This document shows, piece after piece, positions 27,469 through 38,505 of a stretch of 64,000 nucleotides of DNA. Made by a program: the position numbers and the translations under genes. The notes beneath the pieces were generated by a model. That model saw only the letters and a program-made list of their open reading frames with translations, was not told the origin of the DNA and made no database searches. Source of the stretch: an uncultured Chitinophagaceae bacterium (GTDB taxonomy: Bacteria; Bacteroidota; Bacteroidia; Chitinophagales; Chitinophagaceae); assembly GCA_964555605.1 (NCBI GenBank), contig CAZKSY010000007.1:16538-80537 (forward strand), read 5' to 3'. Within the stretch, counting starts at the first letter, position 1; each line of letters begins with the position of its first letter.

Positions 27469-30400
27469 TTAGTTGAGATTTCTAAAATCGACTGGCACCA
27501 GTTTGCTCACGCCCGGCTCCTGCATGGTTACCCCATAGATCACATCTACGGAACTCATGGTCATTTTGTTGTGTGTAACAATTATGAACTGGCTCTCTTC
27601 ACTGAATTTGCGGATCATGTTGGTGAATTTGCCTACGTTGGCATCATCGAGTGGTGCATCCACCTCATCCAGGATACAGAATGGAGCGGGCTTGATCAGA
27701 TAGATGGCGAAGAGCAAGGCCGTAGCGGTCAGGGTTTTTTCTCCACCACTCAACTGGGTGATTGAAGACGGACGTTTCCCTTTGGGTTTGGCCACGATAT
27801 CAATGCTGGTTTCAGCAAGGTTATCAGGGTTCTCCAATACCATATCGGCCGTATCATCTTCTGTAAACAGGGCCTTGAAAACTTTCTGGAAGTTCTCCCG
27901 TACTTTATTGAAGGTTTCCAGGAATTGTTGGTTGGCGGTGGCTTCCACTTCCTGAATGGTTTGCAATAAACTATCCTTGGCGGTTACGAGATCATTCTTT
28001 TGTTCCAGAATAAACTCATAGCGCTTTTTCATTTCCTGGAAGGCTTCGATGGCGGTTGGGTTCACTTCACCCAGGTTTTCCAGGCGTTTTTTCATTCGAT
28101 CGCATTTCTCCTGTAATTCCTCCACAGGTGTTTCACCGGTACGTGGCTGATCGAGAATATCGTCGAGATCAATACGGAATTCCACATGCAAACGCTCTTT
28201 CATACCAGCTAAAGAAAGTTTGAGTTCATTCAAACGATCCTTGATCTCAGCGAGCAGATGTTCGAGCATTTCTTTCTCCTTCACTTTATGACGGAGTTCA
28301 CTTTCCTTCTCTCCTAAAGCATTCCGGATATTATAATAGCTTTGATCGGCTTCATTCAATTTCTTCTCTTCCTCTTCTTTCGAACGTAACAGATCCACCA
28401 ATCCATCTTCTGCAGTGGTTAAAGCCGCTTCGCTTTCACTGATCTGTTCGGTCGTTTGCTTGAACTGCGACGCATTGGTTTCTATTTGACCACGGAGATC
28501 GTTAAGTTGATTGCTCTTGAATTCCAGTTCCTGGGTCAGCGCATTGATCTTGCTATGCTGACGCGTTACAAGCAAATTGAATTCATTATAACTGGCTTGC
28601 GCCTGCGCATAATCCTCTTCGATGAGTTTATAATCGCTCTCAGCAGTTTGTAATTTTTCGCGAAGGTCGTTTAAGAGGTTCACCCATTGATTCCATTCGG
28701 TACGGGTATCTTCTACCGATGCAATGGTTTCTTCCAGAATGATCTGGGTTTCCTGTAAACGATGTTCCGCAACATGCTGTGCGGCATGCAGGGTTTCAAT
28801 TTTATTTTGAAGGGAAAATACCAGATTGGTCAACCGGTTAATATCTTCCTGTGCCTGACGGATGGCCTGCTCTTTCAATTGTTCATTGAAAGCGATCACT
28901 TCATTATGACGGGTTTGGATCTGTTGTTTCAGGTCGTTTACTACAGCTTCCTGCAACAGGATGTCCTCATGTAATTTTTCCAGATTTTTGGCACGACCGA
29001 TCTTCTTACCCTCAAACAAACCAACGCTGCCACCTGTCAAAGAATATTTTCCTTTAACATATTTACCATTCTTCTCCAGCACCACAGCGCCGTTGCTGTT
29101 TACAAGAGCCTCTTCATTTTCGGCAATGAAAACATTGGCCAGCAGGTGCTCGGCCAGAGAACGGTATTGCGGATCTACTTCAATAACATCCATCGCCGGA
29201 ATGGTTTGTCCGGGCTGATGATATTGCGTAGTGCCTGCAGCAGCGAATTTATCAAGCAGGAAGAAGTTGGCCTTCCCCTTCTTATTTTCATCGAGCAGGT
29301 GTACGGCTTGTAAACCTTCCTGCAGATTGTTTACCACATAATAGTTCAGGTAGGGTTCCAGCACATTCTCTACGGCGGCACGATAGGCTTCTTTCACATA
29401 AATAATATCGGAAAGAATGGGCGCAGTATGATTCCAGTTCGGGTTCTTGTGCAGGAATTTCACGCTCTCCGGATACCCTTCCATGGAATCGATCAGGCTT
29501 TTCAGCAGGTCGTGTTCGTTCTTACGGGAATCCAGTTTACGGCTTTCATCGGCCAGCAATTGCCGTAATTTCTCCACTTCACTCTGCGTTTGAAGGATCT
29601 GCTCCTTGGTGCGCTCGTGATGTTCCTGCAATTGAACCAGATCGCGCTTGCGGCCTTCCAGTTCTTCTTCCTTTATATGACGTTCTTCTTCGAGTTGTTT
29701 TAACTGACTGCCACGGGAAGCTTTTTCATCCTCCAGTTGCTGAATGCTGCGCTGCAGATTCTGAATAGAGGTATCGGCAACCGCCACTTTCTTCTCCGAT
29801 TCGAACTGGTTGCGCTGCAATTGCAGATTCTCGGCACGCAGGCTATCTACTGTAGAGCGCTTTTCGTCAAATACATTTCTTTTCTGCTCCACCCCTGTAC
29901 GCACTTCTTCCAATTGCATTTCCAGATTGCCCAATTTGCTTTTCTCCTCCTCGATCTGCAATTGCGTGAACTGGATGCTTTCTTCGAGACCATGGAGGTT
30001 GCCTTCACTTTTGGTGAGGAAATCCTGCAGGTTCTCGGCACGTTCTTTCAGGAAATTCAAACGCTGGCTGGCCAGATTCTTTTCGTTTTCCTTGGTACGA
30101 AGTGTTTGTAACAGGTCGTTGAAACCATGCTGCATGCTTTGCAGGGCACGTTCCTTCTCGATGAAGGCCGTTTTTTCCTGCTCAATGGCGGCTTCTTCTG
30201 TAGCGATCTCGGCTTCCAGACGGATTTTTTTATCCGTTTCAGCTTCGGTTTGCTGATTCAATTCCCGGTAGGTAAGATTGAATCCTTCCAGAGCTGCCTT
30301 GGCTAATTCGATACTGTATTCCCGGTATTCCTTTTTGATCTCGTAATACTTCTCTGCTTTTTTAGCCTGATTCTCCAGACTTTTCAACTGGTTGTTGATC

Positions 30401-30990
30401 TCGAACAGGAGGTCTTCAATACGGGCCAGATCCTGCTCTGTTGCATCCAGTTTATTCTTGGCTTCCTTCTTACGGGTTTTATAAATGGAAATTCCGGCTG
30501 CCTGTTCCAGCATCCGTCGACGGGAATTCTCTTTGTCTTTGATGATTTCATCCACCATTCCCAATTCAATGATGGCATAACTATCGGTACTTACACCCGT
30601 ATCCAAAAACAGGTTTTGGATGTCTTTCAAACGACACTGCACATCGTTCAACCGGTATTCACTTTCACCGCTTTTGTAAAATTTACGGGTAACGGTTACG
30701 GTATTGAATTCGGTGGGAAGGAGATTCTTGGTATTCTCGAAGGTCAGACTCACTTCGGCCAATCCGGAAGCCGATCTGGTTTTGGAGCCATTGAATACAA
30801 GGCTCTCCAGATTTTCGCTTCGGAGATGACTGATCTTCTGCTCACCGATCACCCAACGTATGCTGTCGACGATATTACTTTTGCCACAACCATTTGGTCC
30901 GATGACACCGGTAACACCTTCGTCAAAATTCAAAACAGTTTTGTCGGCAAAACTTTTAAACCCTTTGATTTCTAAACTCTTTAATCGCAC
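27469..30990 (-). CDS. smc: Chromosome segregation protein SMC
   Basis: 1173 aa with Walker [10 protein letters not shown], long coiled coils, a hinge, signature [10 protein letters not shown] and Walker [12 protein letters not shown]. Confidence 0.95.
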   Translation of the reverse strand: MRLKSLEIKGFKSFADKTVLNFDEGVTGVIGPNGCGKSNIVDSIRWVIGEQKISHLRSENLESLVFNGSKTRSASGLAEVSLTFENTKNLLPTEFNTVTVTRKFYKSGESEYRLNDVQCRLKDIQNLFLDTGVSTDSYAIIELGMVDEIIKDKENSRRRMLEQAAGISIYKTRKKEAKNKLDATEQDLARIEDLLFEINNQLKSLENQAKKAEKYYEIKKEYREYSIELAKAALEGFNLTYRELNQQTEAETDKKIRLEAEIATEEAAIEQEKTAFIEKERALQSMQHGFNDLLQTLRTKENEKNLASQRLNFLKERAENLQDFLTKSEGNLHGLEESIQFTQLQIEEEKSKLGNLEMQLEEVRTGVEQKRNVFDEKRSTVDSLRAENLQLQRNQFESEKKVAVADTSIQNLQRSIQQLEDEKASRGSQLKQLEEERHIKEEELEGRKRDLVQLQEHHERTKEQILQTQSEVEKLRQLLADESRKLDSRKNEHDLLKSLIDSMEGYPESVKFLHKNPNWNHTAPILSDIIYVKEAYRAAVENVLEPYLNYYVVNNLQEGLQAVHLLDENKKGKANFFLLDKFAAAGTTQYHQPGQTIPAMDVIEVDPQYRSLAEHLLANVFIAENEEALVNSNGAVVLEKNGKYVKGKYSLTGGSVGLFEGKKIGRAKNLEKLHEDILLQEAVVNDLKQQIQTRHNEVIAFNEQLKEQAIRQAQEDINRLTNLVFSLQNKIETLHAAQHVAEHRLQETQIILEETIASVEDTRTEWNQWVNLLNDLREKLQTAESDYKLIEEDYAQAQASYNEFNLLVTRQHSKINALTQELEFKSNQLNDLRGQIETNASQFKQTTEQISESEAALTTAEDGLVDLLRSKEEEEKKLNEADQSYYNIRNALGEKESELRHKVKEKEMLEHLLAEIKDRLNELKLSLAGMKERLHVEFRIDLDDILDQPRTGETPVEELQEKCDRMKKRLENLGEVNPTAIEAFQEMKKRYEFILEQKNDLVTAKDSLLQTIQEVEATANQQFLETFNKVRENFQKVFKALFTEDDTADMVLENPDNLAETSIDIVAKPKGKRPSSITQLSGGEKTLTATALLFAIYLIKPAPFCILDEVDAPLDDANVGKFTNMIRKFSEESQFIIVTHNKMTMSSVDVIYGVTMQEPGVSKLVPVDFRNLN

Positions 30991-31127
30991 AATTCATAAT
31001 TTTTAGGAGGTCGCAAATATAATCGAATGGACATGTAAAATACCAAGCCTTGGGCTCATTACATTCATAGTTATTCACTTCTTATTCACAAAGAAATCAC
31101 CATAGAAGATTTGTGCTTCCATTGTGG

Positions 31128-31158
31128 AAAAAAACAATCCGGACAGGCGGTTTCCGGC
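31128..31158 (-). terminator. Probable terminator of queD
   Basis: The minus strand reads CCGGA-AACCGCCTG-TCCGG followed by ATTGTTTTTTT. The stem is short (5 bp). Confidence 0.45.
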
Positions 31159-31170
31159 AGGGTTCAGGGC

Positions 31171-31527
31171 TTAAACGCCTTCATAAATGACCCCGGAGGT
31201 GGGGGTTTCGTGGAGTTCGATCCGGTTCATTTTGGGAAGGGAGGGCTTCAACTGGTTCCAGATCCAAACGGCGATCATTTCGCAGGTGGGGTTTTCCAGG
31301 CCTTTTACATCGTTCATGCATTTGTGGTCGAGCTGCGCCACCACCGGTTTTACAATGGCTTTCAGATCGGCAAAATCCATCACCCAGCCCAGTTCGGGAT
31401 GGGGTTGATCTTCGATCCATACCCGCAAACGATAGGTATGTCCGTGCATGCCACGGCATTTGTGCCCTTCCGGAACATTGGGTAAAAAGTGAGCTGAATC
31501 GAAGGTGAATTCTTTAAAAATGCGCAT
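31171..31527 (-). CDS. queD: 6-carboxy-5,6,7,8-tetrahydropterin synthase
   Basis: 118 aa. FTFDSAHFLPNVPEGHKCRGMHGHTYRL is the QueD/PTPS Cys-His-His zinc site pattern. Confidence 0.9.
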   Translation of the reverse strand: MRIFKEFTFDSAHFLPNVPEGHKCRGMHGHTYRLRVWIEDQPHPELGWVMDFADLKAIVKPVVAQLDHKCMNDVKGLENPTCEMIAVWIWNQLKPSLPKMNRIELHETPTSGVIYEGV

Positions 31528-31641
31528 AAATCGAATTAAAGTGCAAATGTACGAAGCATATTACAAATGTCATTTACAGGCCGTAACGTTAATTTAACAG
31601 TGCCTATTCAAAATAAACTATGAGTTACCGATTTTTGGAAG

Positions 31642-31649
31642 TATCTTTG
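31642..31649 (+). promoter_or_regulatory. Candidate -7 box (TATCTTTG) for the RRM gene
   Basis: Exact TAnnTTTG match ~130 nt upstream of the ATG, which implies a ~120-nt leader. Confidence 0.4.
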
Positions 31650-31778
31650 CGGAGTCAAATTTGAGTTATTCGCAATTAGTAAGTGAACGATTAGATCTGC
31701 TAAGCATTTTTCTGCTACATGTTCGTCTTCTTTACAGTGCCTTTTCTCAAGTATTTATTTATCTTTTATTAAGTGAAC

Positions 31779-32087
31779 ATGAACATTTACGTGTCTAACT
31801 TAAGCTTCAACGTTCAAGATGAAGACTTAAGCAGCTATTTCGCAGAGTACGGAGAAGTAACTTCTGCAAAAGTAATTACCGACAAATTTACGCAACGCAG
31901 TAAAGGTTTCGGATTTGTTGAAATGTCCGATGACGCAGCAGCTACAAAAGCTATTGAAGAACTGGATGGTGCAATGGTAGACGGAAGAACTATTAAAGTA
32001 ATGGTAGCTCGTCCTAAAGAGGAAAGAAGCAACAACAACGGTGGTGGAAACCGTCGTTCTTTCAGCAACAGCAACTCTCGCTGGTAA
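31779..32087 (+). CDS. RRM-type RNA-binding protein with Gly/Asn/Arg-rich tail
   Basis: RNP2 IYVSNL, RNP1 KGFGFVEM and tail NNNGGGNRRSFSNSNSRW. I chose the ATG at 31779 over the GTG at 31773. Confidence 0.9.
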   Translation: MNIYVSNLSFNVQDEDLSSYFAEYGEVTSAKVITDKFTQRSKGFGFVEMSDDAAATKAIEELDGAMVDGRTIKVMVARPKEERSNNNGGGNRRSFSNSNSRW

Positions 32088-32110
32088 TTTAACCCACGAT
32101 ATTGCATCGC

Positions 32111-32139
32111 AATCCCGCTCCTGTAGCGGGATTTTTTTT
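32111..32139 (+). terminator. Rho-independent terminator of the RRM gene
   Basis: AATCCCGCT-CCTGT-AGCGGGATT followed by a run of T. It overlaps the stop codon of the convergent gene. Confidence 0.85.
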
Positions 32140-32647
32140 ACCCTTTTTTATCCCGCGCCTCCCGCAGCATGGGCCCAAATTCCATTTTCCGCTGCAGCGC
32201 ATTAATGGCCATGGCGATCCGCTTGATCCGGGTAGGTTCCGTTTTGGCCGATTCGATCCACTTACTGTAATACTGTTGTGTGGAAGGAGAAAAACTGTTA
32301 AAGAAGGTGAGTGCATCCGGCTCATCGGCTAAGCACCCCATGAACTCCTCATTCAGACTGTATTTTCTGCGATCAACTTCTAATTGTAGTTTCAACACAT
32401 CTCCTTTCCGTTTCCTCAATTGTTTGCGCAGGGTAGCATTCAAGGGCAAAATATAATTGCCGTCGCCCATAGGTAAAAGACTGACACTTACTATTTCACA
32501 GGCGTCCAGCTTACCTTTTACTTTAAATGATTTTTTAGTTCCGGAACAAATTTGGGAAGCGATTTCAGATGGCACTTCCACATAGGTCCAGCCGGTCTTC
32601 TCTCCCTGCTTATCAAACTTCCTGATTGCTGCCGTGAAGCGCACCAT
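32138..32647 (-). CDS. YdeI-like protein (DUF1905 plus bacteriocin-protection/YdeI C-terminal domain)
   Basis: 169 aa with GWTYVEVPSEIA (DUF1905) and a C-terminal FNSFSPSTQQYYSKWI pattern. Confidence 0.7.
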   Translation of the reverse strand: MVRFTAAIRKFDKQGEKTGWTYVEVPSEIASQICSGTKKSFKVKGKLDACEIVSVSLLPMGDGNYILPLNATLRKQLRKRKGDVLKLQLEVDRRKYSLNEEFMGCLADEPDALTFFNSFSPSTQQYYSKWIESAKTEPTRIKRIAMAINALQRKMEFGPMLREARDKKG

Positions 32648-32648
32648 A

Positions 32649-33338
32649 TTACTGATTTAGCCATTTAACCAAAGCAATGATATCTTCCTCTGATCTAACA
32701 GACCTACCCGCGTCCTTAAGGTACTGCTGTATTTTACCTTCCTGATCGGGCAAGGCCTTTAAAACAGACCGCTGCTCCTTTTTAATCTTAAAATTAGCTT
32801 TTCGCTCGGCATCGTAGAGGTAATAGGTTTCAAAGTCCTTGTAAACCTTTTTGGTCCCTTCCACATATACCGGTTCTTCCAGCAAACTCTTTTGATTAAC
32901 CTTCAGAAAATGATATCTGGCTCCGATTACCAGCACTTCATAAAATCGTGTTTCATCATACTTCCCTTCCGGGGGATATCCGTTTCGGAAATGACGGGTA
33001 AATGCCTGCTCGTTTTCAGTATAGGATAAAAAGAACTCTTTTACAGGAGCGGCAAAAAGATAGGCCGAACCATTCCGGGAAAAAGAAAGCTCATTGGTTT
33101 GCAGATTGAATTGCACTTCTGGCATATTAACCCGCTTCCCATCAGTAAATACTACAATGGCCTTTGCCCATTGGTCTGTAACCATGGGCGTCCCTTTCAC
33201 ATTGGGCTTTCGGCCCGTAAGCGCTTTGCCCCGAACATCGTAGGCCTCGATTTGATAACTGTTATTATTGTCTACGGTTTGCGCCCACAATCCTCGCCCT
33301 GGAAGCAAAAAGATCAGAGACAAAAAAACGAATTTCAT
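32649..33338 (-). CDS. Secreted hypothetical protein, paralog A
   Basis: 229 aa with a signal peptide. It shares W.K...V.TDG...F.L...EL...PVKEF...GYP..G...E..FYE.L...LK...LEE with the next gene. Confidence 0.6.
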   Translation of the reverse strand: MKFVFLSLIFLLPGRGLWAQTVDNNNSYQIEAYDVRGKALTGRKPNVKGTPMVTDQWAKAIVVFTDGKRVNMPEVQFNLQTNELSFSRNGSAYLFAAPVKEFFLSYTENEQAFTRHFRNGYPPEGKYDETRFYEVLVIGARYHFLKVNQKSLLEEPVYVEGTKKVYKDFETYYLYDAERKANFKIKKEQRSVLKALPDQEGKIQQYLKDAGRSVRSEEDIIALVKWLNQ

Positions 33339-33394
33339 ATATTTTTTAATATTAATTGACCTGTTTAAAAAAGCTATTATTCAATAGCTTAAAC

Positions 33395-34093
33395 TCATTT
33401 TTTAAACTGGTTCATAAACTGAACCATTGCTATTTCATTTTCAAATTTTCGCCCATGCGTATCCACAAATAGCTGCACCGCTTTCTCATTTCCGGCATAA
33501 AAAGGTTGGAACGAACGACTGTCTTTGCTTACCTGATACCATTGCATCACCGGCAGTCGCAACAGATAAAAACTCTCCAGGTCTATATAAGCCAATTTTG
33601 TGCCTACCTGAAATTCGTGTTCCTCTTCAAGGGTTTTACGGATCAGCTTTAACAATTGCCATTCGTTGTCTTCATAAAGCAATTCATAGAAAGTTTTTTC
33701 GTTTTGCCGGCCATGGGATGGGTAGCCCTTGCGGAATATCCGGGTACCCTCGGTTGCGATTACATGAAACTCTTTTACGGGTTGATTTACGAGAAACAGA
33801 TTGCCCGATTGCTGGTAATAGAGCTCCTGTTTGATCAGATCAAATTTCAACGCCTCTAATGCTATGCGTGTACCATCTGTCAGAACCAGGAGCCCTTTTC
33901 GCCAATCCTCATACAAATAGTTGGTACCAGAAGCGGGCGCTCGTTTTCCTTTTACCAACTCTCCCTTAATTTCCCGGGCATTATCTTTTTCGATACGTAC
34001 AAGGGTACCCTGCGCCTGAGCCTTAACGGCATTAAAGGCTATCAGTATCATTACACAGATCCGGAACATTGCTGCCATATTATTTAAAATCAT
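33395..34093 (-). CDS. Secreted hypothetical protein, paralog B
   Basis: 232 aa with a signal peptide (AFNAVKAQAQG) and the same motif skeleton as 32649-33338. Confidence 0.6.
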   Translation of the reverse strand: MILNNMAAMFRICVMILIAFNAVKAQAQGTLVRIEKDNAREIKGELVKGKRAPASGTNYLYEDWRKGLLVLTDGTRIALEALKFDLIKQELYYQQSGNLFLVNQPVKEFHVIATEGTRIFRKGYPSHGRQNEKTFYELLYEDNEWQLLKLIRKTLEEEHEFQVGTKLAYIDLESFYLLRLPVMQWYQVSKDSRSFQPFYAGNEKAVQLFVDTHGRKFENEIAMVQFMNQFKK

Positions 34094-34107
34094 TTGACCG
34101 GTACATC

Positions 34108-34998
34108 TTATTGATGAAAACTCTCGCCAATAAATTTCAGTGCGTCAATAATGCCTGTGCGCCAGTAGGTCCAGGTATGTGCTCCATCGCGTACCCGGTA
34201 TTCATGCGGGATCATTTTATCGGTTAAGGCGATATGCAATAAACTATTTCCCTTTGTCAGAAAATCGTCGTCGCCGCAATCGATCCAATAGCGAACCTTT
34301 TTTAAATCCTCGGGGGTTTTTGTTTCCACCAGTTTCAGAATAGAATTATCGTACCAGGCTTTGGTGAGGCGGTCCTTTCCTTTCAATTTTCGGCCATAGA
34401 GTGCCCCCAGTGGAAATTCGTACCAATTGTCGTTCATACCCACAAGGGCGGCATCATCCCACACGGCTGCGCTGAGCGGTGCGGCAGCGGCAAAAAGTTC
34501 GGGGTATTTGAGTGCATAGATCAGGGTACCGTACCCACCCATCGATAAACCAGCTACCCCTCTGAATTGTTTCGAGGATTTGATTCGATAACTTTTTTCG
34601 ATGCCGGGCATGAATTCTTTAATGAAGAAATCTTCAAACTTCTCCTTTCCATCGTAGCTATTAATATACCAACTGGAATCTGCGTCGGGCATCACAATGA
34701 TCATGGGCGGAATCGTACCTTCCTGAATAGCTTTATTGGCCAAACGATCGATCTCACCGAATTGCAACCAGCCGGTATTATCATCTGTATAGCCATGTAA
34801 CAGATAAACCACCGGATAACTGCGATCGCTGGTTTCATAATCGGGGGGCAGATAAATGGAATACTGAACGGTTCGGTTCAGTATCGTGCTTTTTACAGGA
34901 CGGTATTCCAATACTTTTCCATTTTGCTGCGCCTTTGTAACAAATGGGGCAAGAGCCAGCAGGAAGAGAATGAACCGGAGGAAATCGATCTTTTTCAT
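34108..34998 (-). CDS. Secreted esterase (esterase D / putative-esterase family alpha/beta hydrolase)
   Basis: 296 aa with a signal peptide, YPVVYLLHG and the nucleophile elbow GLSMGGYG. Confidence 0.8.
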   Translation of the reverse strand: MKKIDFLRFILFLLALAPFVTKAQQNGKVLEYRPVKSTILNRTVQYSIYLPPDYETSDRSYPVVYLLHGYTDDNTGWLQFGEIDRLANKAIQEGTIPPMIIVMPDADSSWYINSYDGKEKFEDFFIKEFMPGIEKSYRIKSSKQFRGVAGLSMGGYGTLIYALKYPELFAAAAPLSAAVWDDAALVGMNDNWYEFPLGALYGRKLKGKDRLTKAWYDNSILKLVETKTPEDLKKVRYWIDCGDDDFLTKGNSLLHIALTDKMIPHEYRVRDGAHTWTYWRTGIIDALKFIGESFHQ

Positions 34999-35066
34999 GT
35001 TGGTAGTTTGTATAAATGTACCAAACTGTTGGTTCCGGTTTGCTCCGTTGCTGTAAATTATGCCAT

Positions 35067-35092
35067 AAAAAAACCCCGGATCACCGGGGTTT
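35067..35092 (-). terminator. Rho-independent terminator of the DsbA-like gene
   Basis: The minus strand reads AAACCCCGG-TGAT-CCGGGGTTT, running into TTTTTTT. Confidence 0.8.
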
Positions 35093-35098
35093 AAAATA

Positions 35099-35665
35099 TT
35101 AAGCTCTTTGTTTGGCTGGTTTACGCTTTACCTTCTTTAATGCGGCATCAATGGCCTTACTAAGATTCTCGAAAGTTGGTTTTCCGGTAAAGGGTTCGTC
35201 ATTTATAAAAAAGGCGGGAACGTCTTTCACTCCCCGATTTATCCCCTCTTTCAGATCTCCCTGAACCTGCCAGCCAAAAGTGGCGTTCACCAGATCGTCC
35301 AAAAATTTCTTATTGGTTACACCCGCTTCTTTAGAATGCAATTTCAGACTGGTGGTACCCAGGTTTCTGCGATTGGCAAATAAAATATTATGCATCTCCC
35401 AGAACTTCCCTTCCTGTCCGGCTGCCACCGCAGCTTCACTGGCCTTCAAACTACGTTGATGTATACGCGTCAGGGGGAAATGACGGAAATTGAGACGGAT
35501 CTTTCCATCATACTCCTCCAGTAACTGCCGTACCACTTCGTTCACTTTGGCACAAGCCTCACTTTCATAATCGCCGAATTCCATCAGCGTTACCGGGGCA
35601 TCCTTTTTTCCTACAAAAATTTCACTGGGTTCAATAATAATCAGGTCATCTTTCTTAAAAGCCAT
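35099..35665 (-). CDS. Cytoplasmic DsbA/thioredoxin_4-family protein with SxxC instead of CxxC
   Basis: 188 aa. APVTLMEFGDYESEACAKV aligns by eye to the family pattern APVTLVEFxDYQCPYC. GKFWEMHNILF is conserved. No signal peptide is present. Confidence 0.7.
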   Translation of the reverse strand: MAFKKDDLIIIEPSEIFVGKKDAPVTLMEFGDYESEACAKVNEVVRQLLEEYDGKIRLNFRHFPLTRIHQRSLKASEAAVAAGQEGKFWEMHNILFANRRNLGTTSLKLHSKEAGVTNKKFLDDLVNATFGWQVQGDLKEGINRGVKDVPAFFINDEPFTGKPTFENLSKAIDAALKKVKRKPAKQRA

Positions 35666-35904
35666 AATTCTATCCTTTTTTCAATACCAATACTGTAAGT
35701 ACCTGAGGTATTAACAATTGTACCGGTAATTAAGTTGAGTTGGTCCAGAACAGACCAATGTTGAAAGGGCTGAAGATAATATTTTTCCAACGCGGATATG
35801 CAAACAAATCCTTAAATTACCCACATTGTATTAAGCTATCTGATATTCAACCACTTACAACAGAAATTTTTCCCGATTCCGGAAAATCGCCCACTCATAG
35901 TTGA

Positions 35905-38505
35905 TTATTTTTTAATGTCATTCCGGAAGACCACCATTCCATCAAATACGTCTACCATCACCGGTTTTTCTTTTTCGATTTCCCCTCCCAGAATCTTACG
36001 GCTCAGCGGGTTTACGATTTCTTTCTGGATCAATCTCTTTAATGGACGGGCCCCAAACTGCGGATCAAATCCCTGTTCGGCGATATACTCGAGCGCATAA
36101 TCACTGAATCGCAATTGAATGCCATTATCGGCCACCAGTTTCACCAGATTGTTCAACTGAATTCGTACGATACCGGCGATCTCTTTTCGATGCAGTGGCT
36201 GAAACATAATGATCTCATCCACACGATTGAGAAATTCCGGACGGATGGTTTGCCGCAGCAGATTCATCACCTCCCCTTTTGCTTTTGTGGCGGCCTCATC
36301 CAGTTCATCGTCTTTCACATTCTCAAAAGCTTCCATGATCAGATGACTGCCGATATTGCTGGTCATGATGATGATGGTATTTTTAAAATTGACCACACGT
36401 CCTTTATTATCGGTCAGATGTCCATCATCCAATACCTGCAATAAAACGTTCCATACATCGGGATGTGCTTTTTCAATTTCATCGAGCAATACAACAGAAT
36501 AGGGTTTTCTGCGCACAGCTTCGGTAAGCTGACCGCCTTCATCATATCCCACATAACCGGGAGGAGCTCCTACCAATCGGGAAACGGTATGTTTCTCCTG
36601 GTATTCACTCATGTCGATCCTTGTCATCATACTTTCATCATCGAAGAGGTATTCGGCAAGTGCTTTAGCCAATTCTGTTTTACCGACACCGGTAGTACCC
36701 AGGAAAATAAACGAACCGATTGGTTTTTTAGGATCCTGCAACCCCGCACGGCTTCTGCGAATGGCGTCTGCCACAGCTGTGATGGCCTCTTCCTGTCCAA
36801 CGACCCTTTCATGTAAATGATCTTCCAGTTTTAATAATTTCTCCCGATCGCTTTGCATCATTTTAGATACCGGTATTCCGGTAGCCTTAGCAATACCCTG
36901 AGCAATATCTTCCGCATCTACTTCTTCTTTGAGTAACCGTTTATCAGCGGTTTCCTGAAGCTGCCGGTTCAGTTCTTCAATTTTCCGCTCCTCTTCTTTT
37001 ACTTTTCCGTAACGGATTTCCGCAACTTTGCCATAGTCGCCATTCCGCTCAGCCTGCTCTGCTTCCTGCCTGAGTTGTTCAATATGTACTTTGGCATTCT
37101 GGATCTTTTCCACCAGTTCCTTTTCTGCTTTCCATTTTGCTTTCAGGGTATCGCGTTCTACCGAAACGTTCGCGATTTCGGTATTGAGTTCTTTTAATTT
37201 CTTTTCATCATTCTCCCTTTTGATCGCTTCGCGTTCAATTTCCAACTGACGGATCTGGCGTTCGAGTGTATCCAGTTCTTCCGGCATGCTATTCATTTCC
37301 AGTCGCAATTTGGCGGCACTTTCATCAATAAGGTCGATGGCTTTATCGGGAAGGAAACGATCTGTAATATACCGATGGCTTAATTCCACTGCTGCAATGA
37401 TCGCTTCATCGCGGATACGTACATGGTGGTGCGACTCGTACCGATCTTTCAATCCCCGGAGAATGGAAATAGCATCTTCCACAGAAGGCTCTTCAATCAT
37501 CACTTTCTGGAAGCGGCGTTCCAATGCTTTATCTTTTTCAAAATATTTCTGGTATTCATTCAGCGTGGTGGCCCCCACTGCCCGCAACTCACCTCTGGCC
37601 AGTGCTGGCTTCAAAATATTGGCGGCATCCATCGCACCTTCACCGCCTCCGGCGCCCACCAGGGTATGGATTTCGTCAATAAACAAAATGATCTCCCCCT
37701 CGCTGGTACTAACCTCTTTCACCACGGCTTTCAATCGTTCTTCAAATTCTCCTTTATATTTGGCACCTGCGATCAGTTGTCCCATATCGAGTGCATAGAT
37801 CACTTTGGATTTCAGATTCTCCGGCACATCGCCATTCACAATACGATGCGCAATGCCTTCGGCGATAGCCGTTTTACCCACGCCGGGTTCGCCAACCAGA
37901 ATGGGATTATTCTTGGTGCGGCGCGAAAGGATGTGTAAGGTGCGGCGTATTTCTTCATCTCTTCCAATAACAGGGTCCAGTTTGCCCTGACGGGCCAGTT
38001 CATTTAGATTACGGGCATATTTATTCAGCGAATTAAATTCCTGCGTTTGGGTTTGAGACGTTACTTTTTCTCCCTTGCGCAAATCCTTGATAGCTGTGAT
38101 CAGTCCTTTCTCCGATAATCCGGCATTCTTTAACAGCTTGCCCGTTTCATCGGATCCCTGCACCAATGCCAGCAAAATATGTTCGGGTGTAACAAATTCA
38201 TCACCGAATTGCTTTAACGCTGCACCGGAACGAAGAATGACATTATTACCCTCACGACCAATAGACTGTGCTGCTTCCCCCGATGTTTTGGGAAGTTTTT
38301 TTAATAAATCATCGAGTCGGGTATCGAGTACATTAACGGTTACATTGTTCTTTTTTAACAGATATTCAACAGGAGAATCCTCCTGATCAAGCAACGCTTT
38401 CAGCAGATGCTCCGTTTCAATGGCAGGATTTTGCGCATTAAATGCCAGTTGCTGCGCTTGTTGAATGGCTTCGGCGGCTTTGATAGTAAAATTAGAAAGG
38501 TTCAT
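35905..38505 (-). CDS. clpB: ATP-dependent chaperone ClpB
   Basis: Two AAA modules (GEPGVGKT and GTTGVGKT), a middle coiled-coil and a Clp_N start at [15 protein letters not shown] (38505). The upstream 24 codons of the ORF maximum lie in a repeat-containing leader. Confidence 0.95.
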   Translation of the reverse strand: MNLSNFTIKAAEAIQQAQQLAFNAQNPAIETEHLLKALLDQEDSPVEYLLKKNNVTVNVLDTRLDDLLKKLPKTSGEAAQSIGREGNNVILRSGAALKQFGDEFVTPEHILLALVQGSDETGKLLKNAGLSEKGLITAIKDLRKGEKVTSQTQTQEFNSLNKYARNLNELARQGKLDPVIGRDEEIRRTLHILSRRTKNNPILVGEPGVGKTAIAEGIAHRIVNGDVPENLKSKVIYALDMGQLIAGAKYKGEFEERLKAVVKEVSTSEGEIILFIDEIHTLVGAGGGEGAMDAANILKPALARGELRAVGATTLNEYQKYFEKDKALERRFQKVMIEEPSVEDAISILRGLKDRYESHHHVRIRDEAIIAAVELSHRYITDRFLPDKAIDLIDESAAKLRLEMNSMPEELDTLERQIRQLEIEREAIKRENDEKKLKELNTEIANVSVERDTLKAKWKAEKELVEKIQNAKVHIEQLRQEAEQAERNGDYGKVAEIRYGKVKEEERKIEELNRQLQETADKRLLKEEVDAEDIAQGIAKATGIPVSKMMQSDREKLLKLEDHLHERVVGQEEAITAVADAIRRSRAGLQDPKKPIGSFIFLGTTGVGKTELAKALAEYLFDDESMMTRIDMSEYQEKHTVSRLVGAPPGYVGYDEGGQLTEAVRRKPYSVVLLDEIEKAHPDVWNVLLQVLDDGHLTDNKGRVVNFKNTIIIMTSNIGSHLIMEAFENVKDDELDEAATKAKGEVMNLLRQTIRPEFLNRVDEIIMFQPLHRKEIAGIVRIQLNNLVKLVADNGIQLRFSDYALEYIAEQGFDPQFGARPLKRLIQKEIVNPLSRKILGGEIEKEKPVMVDVFDGMVVFRNDIKK

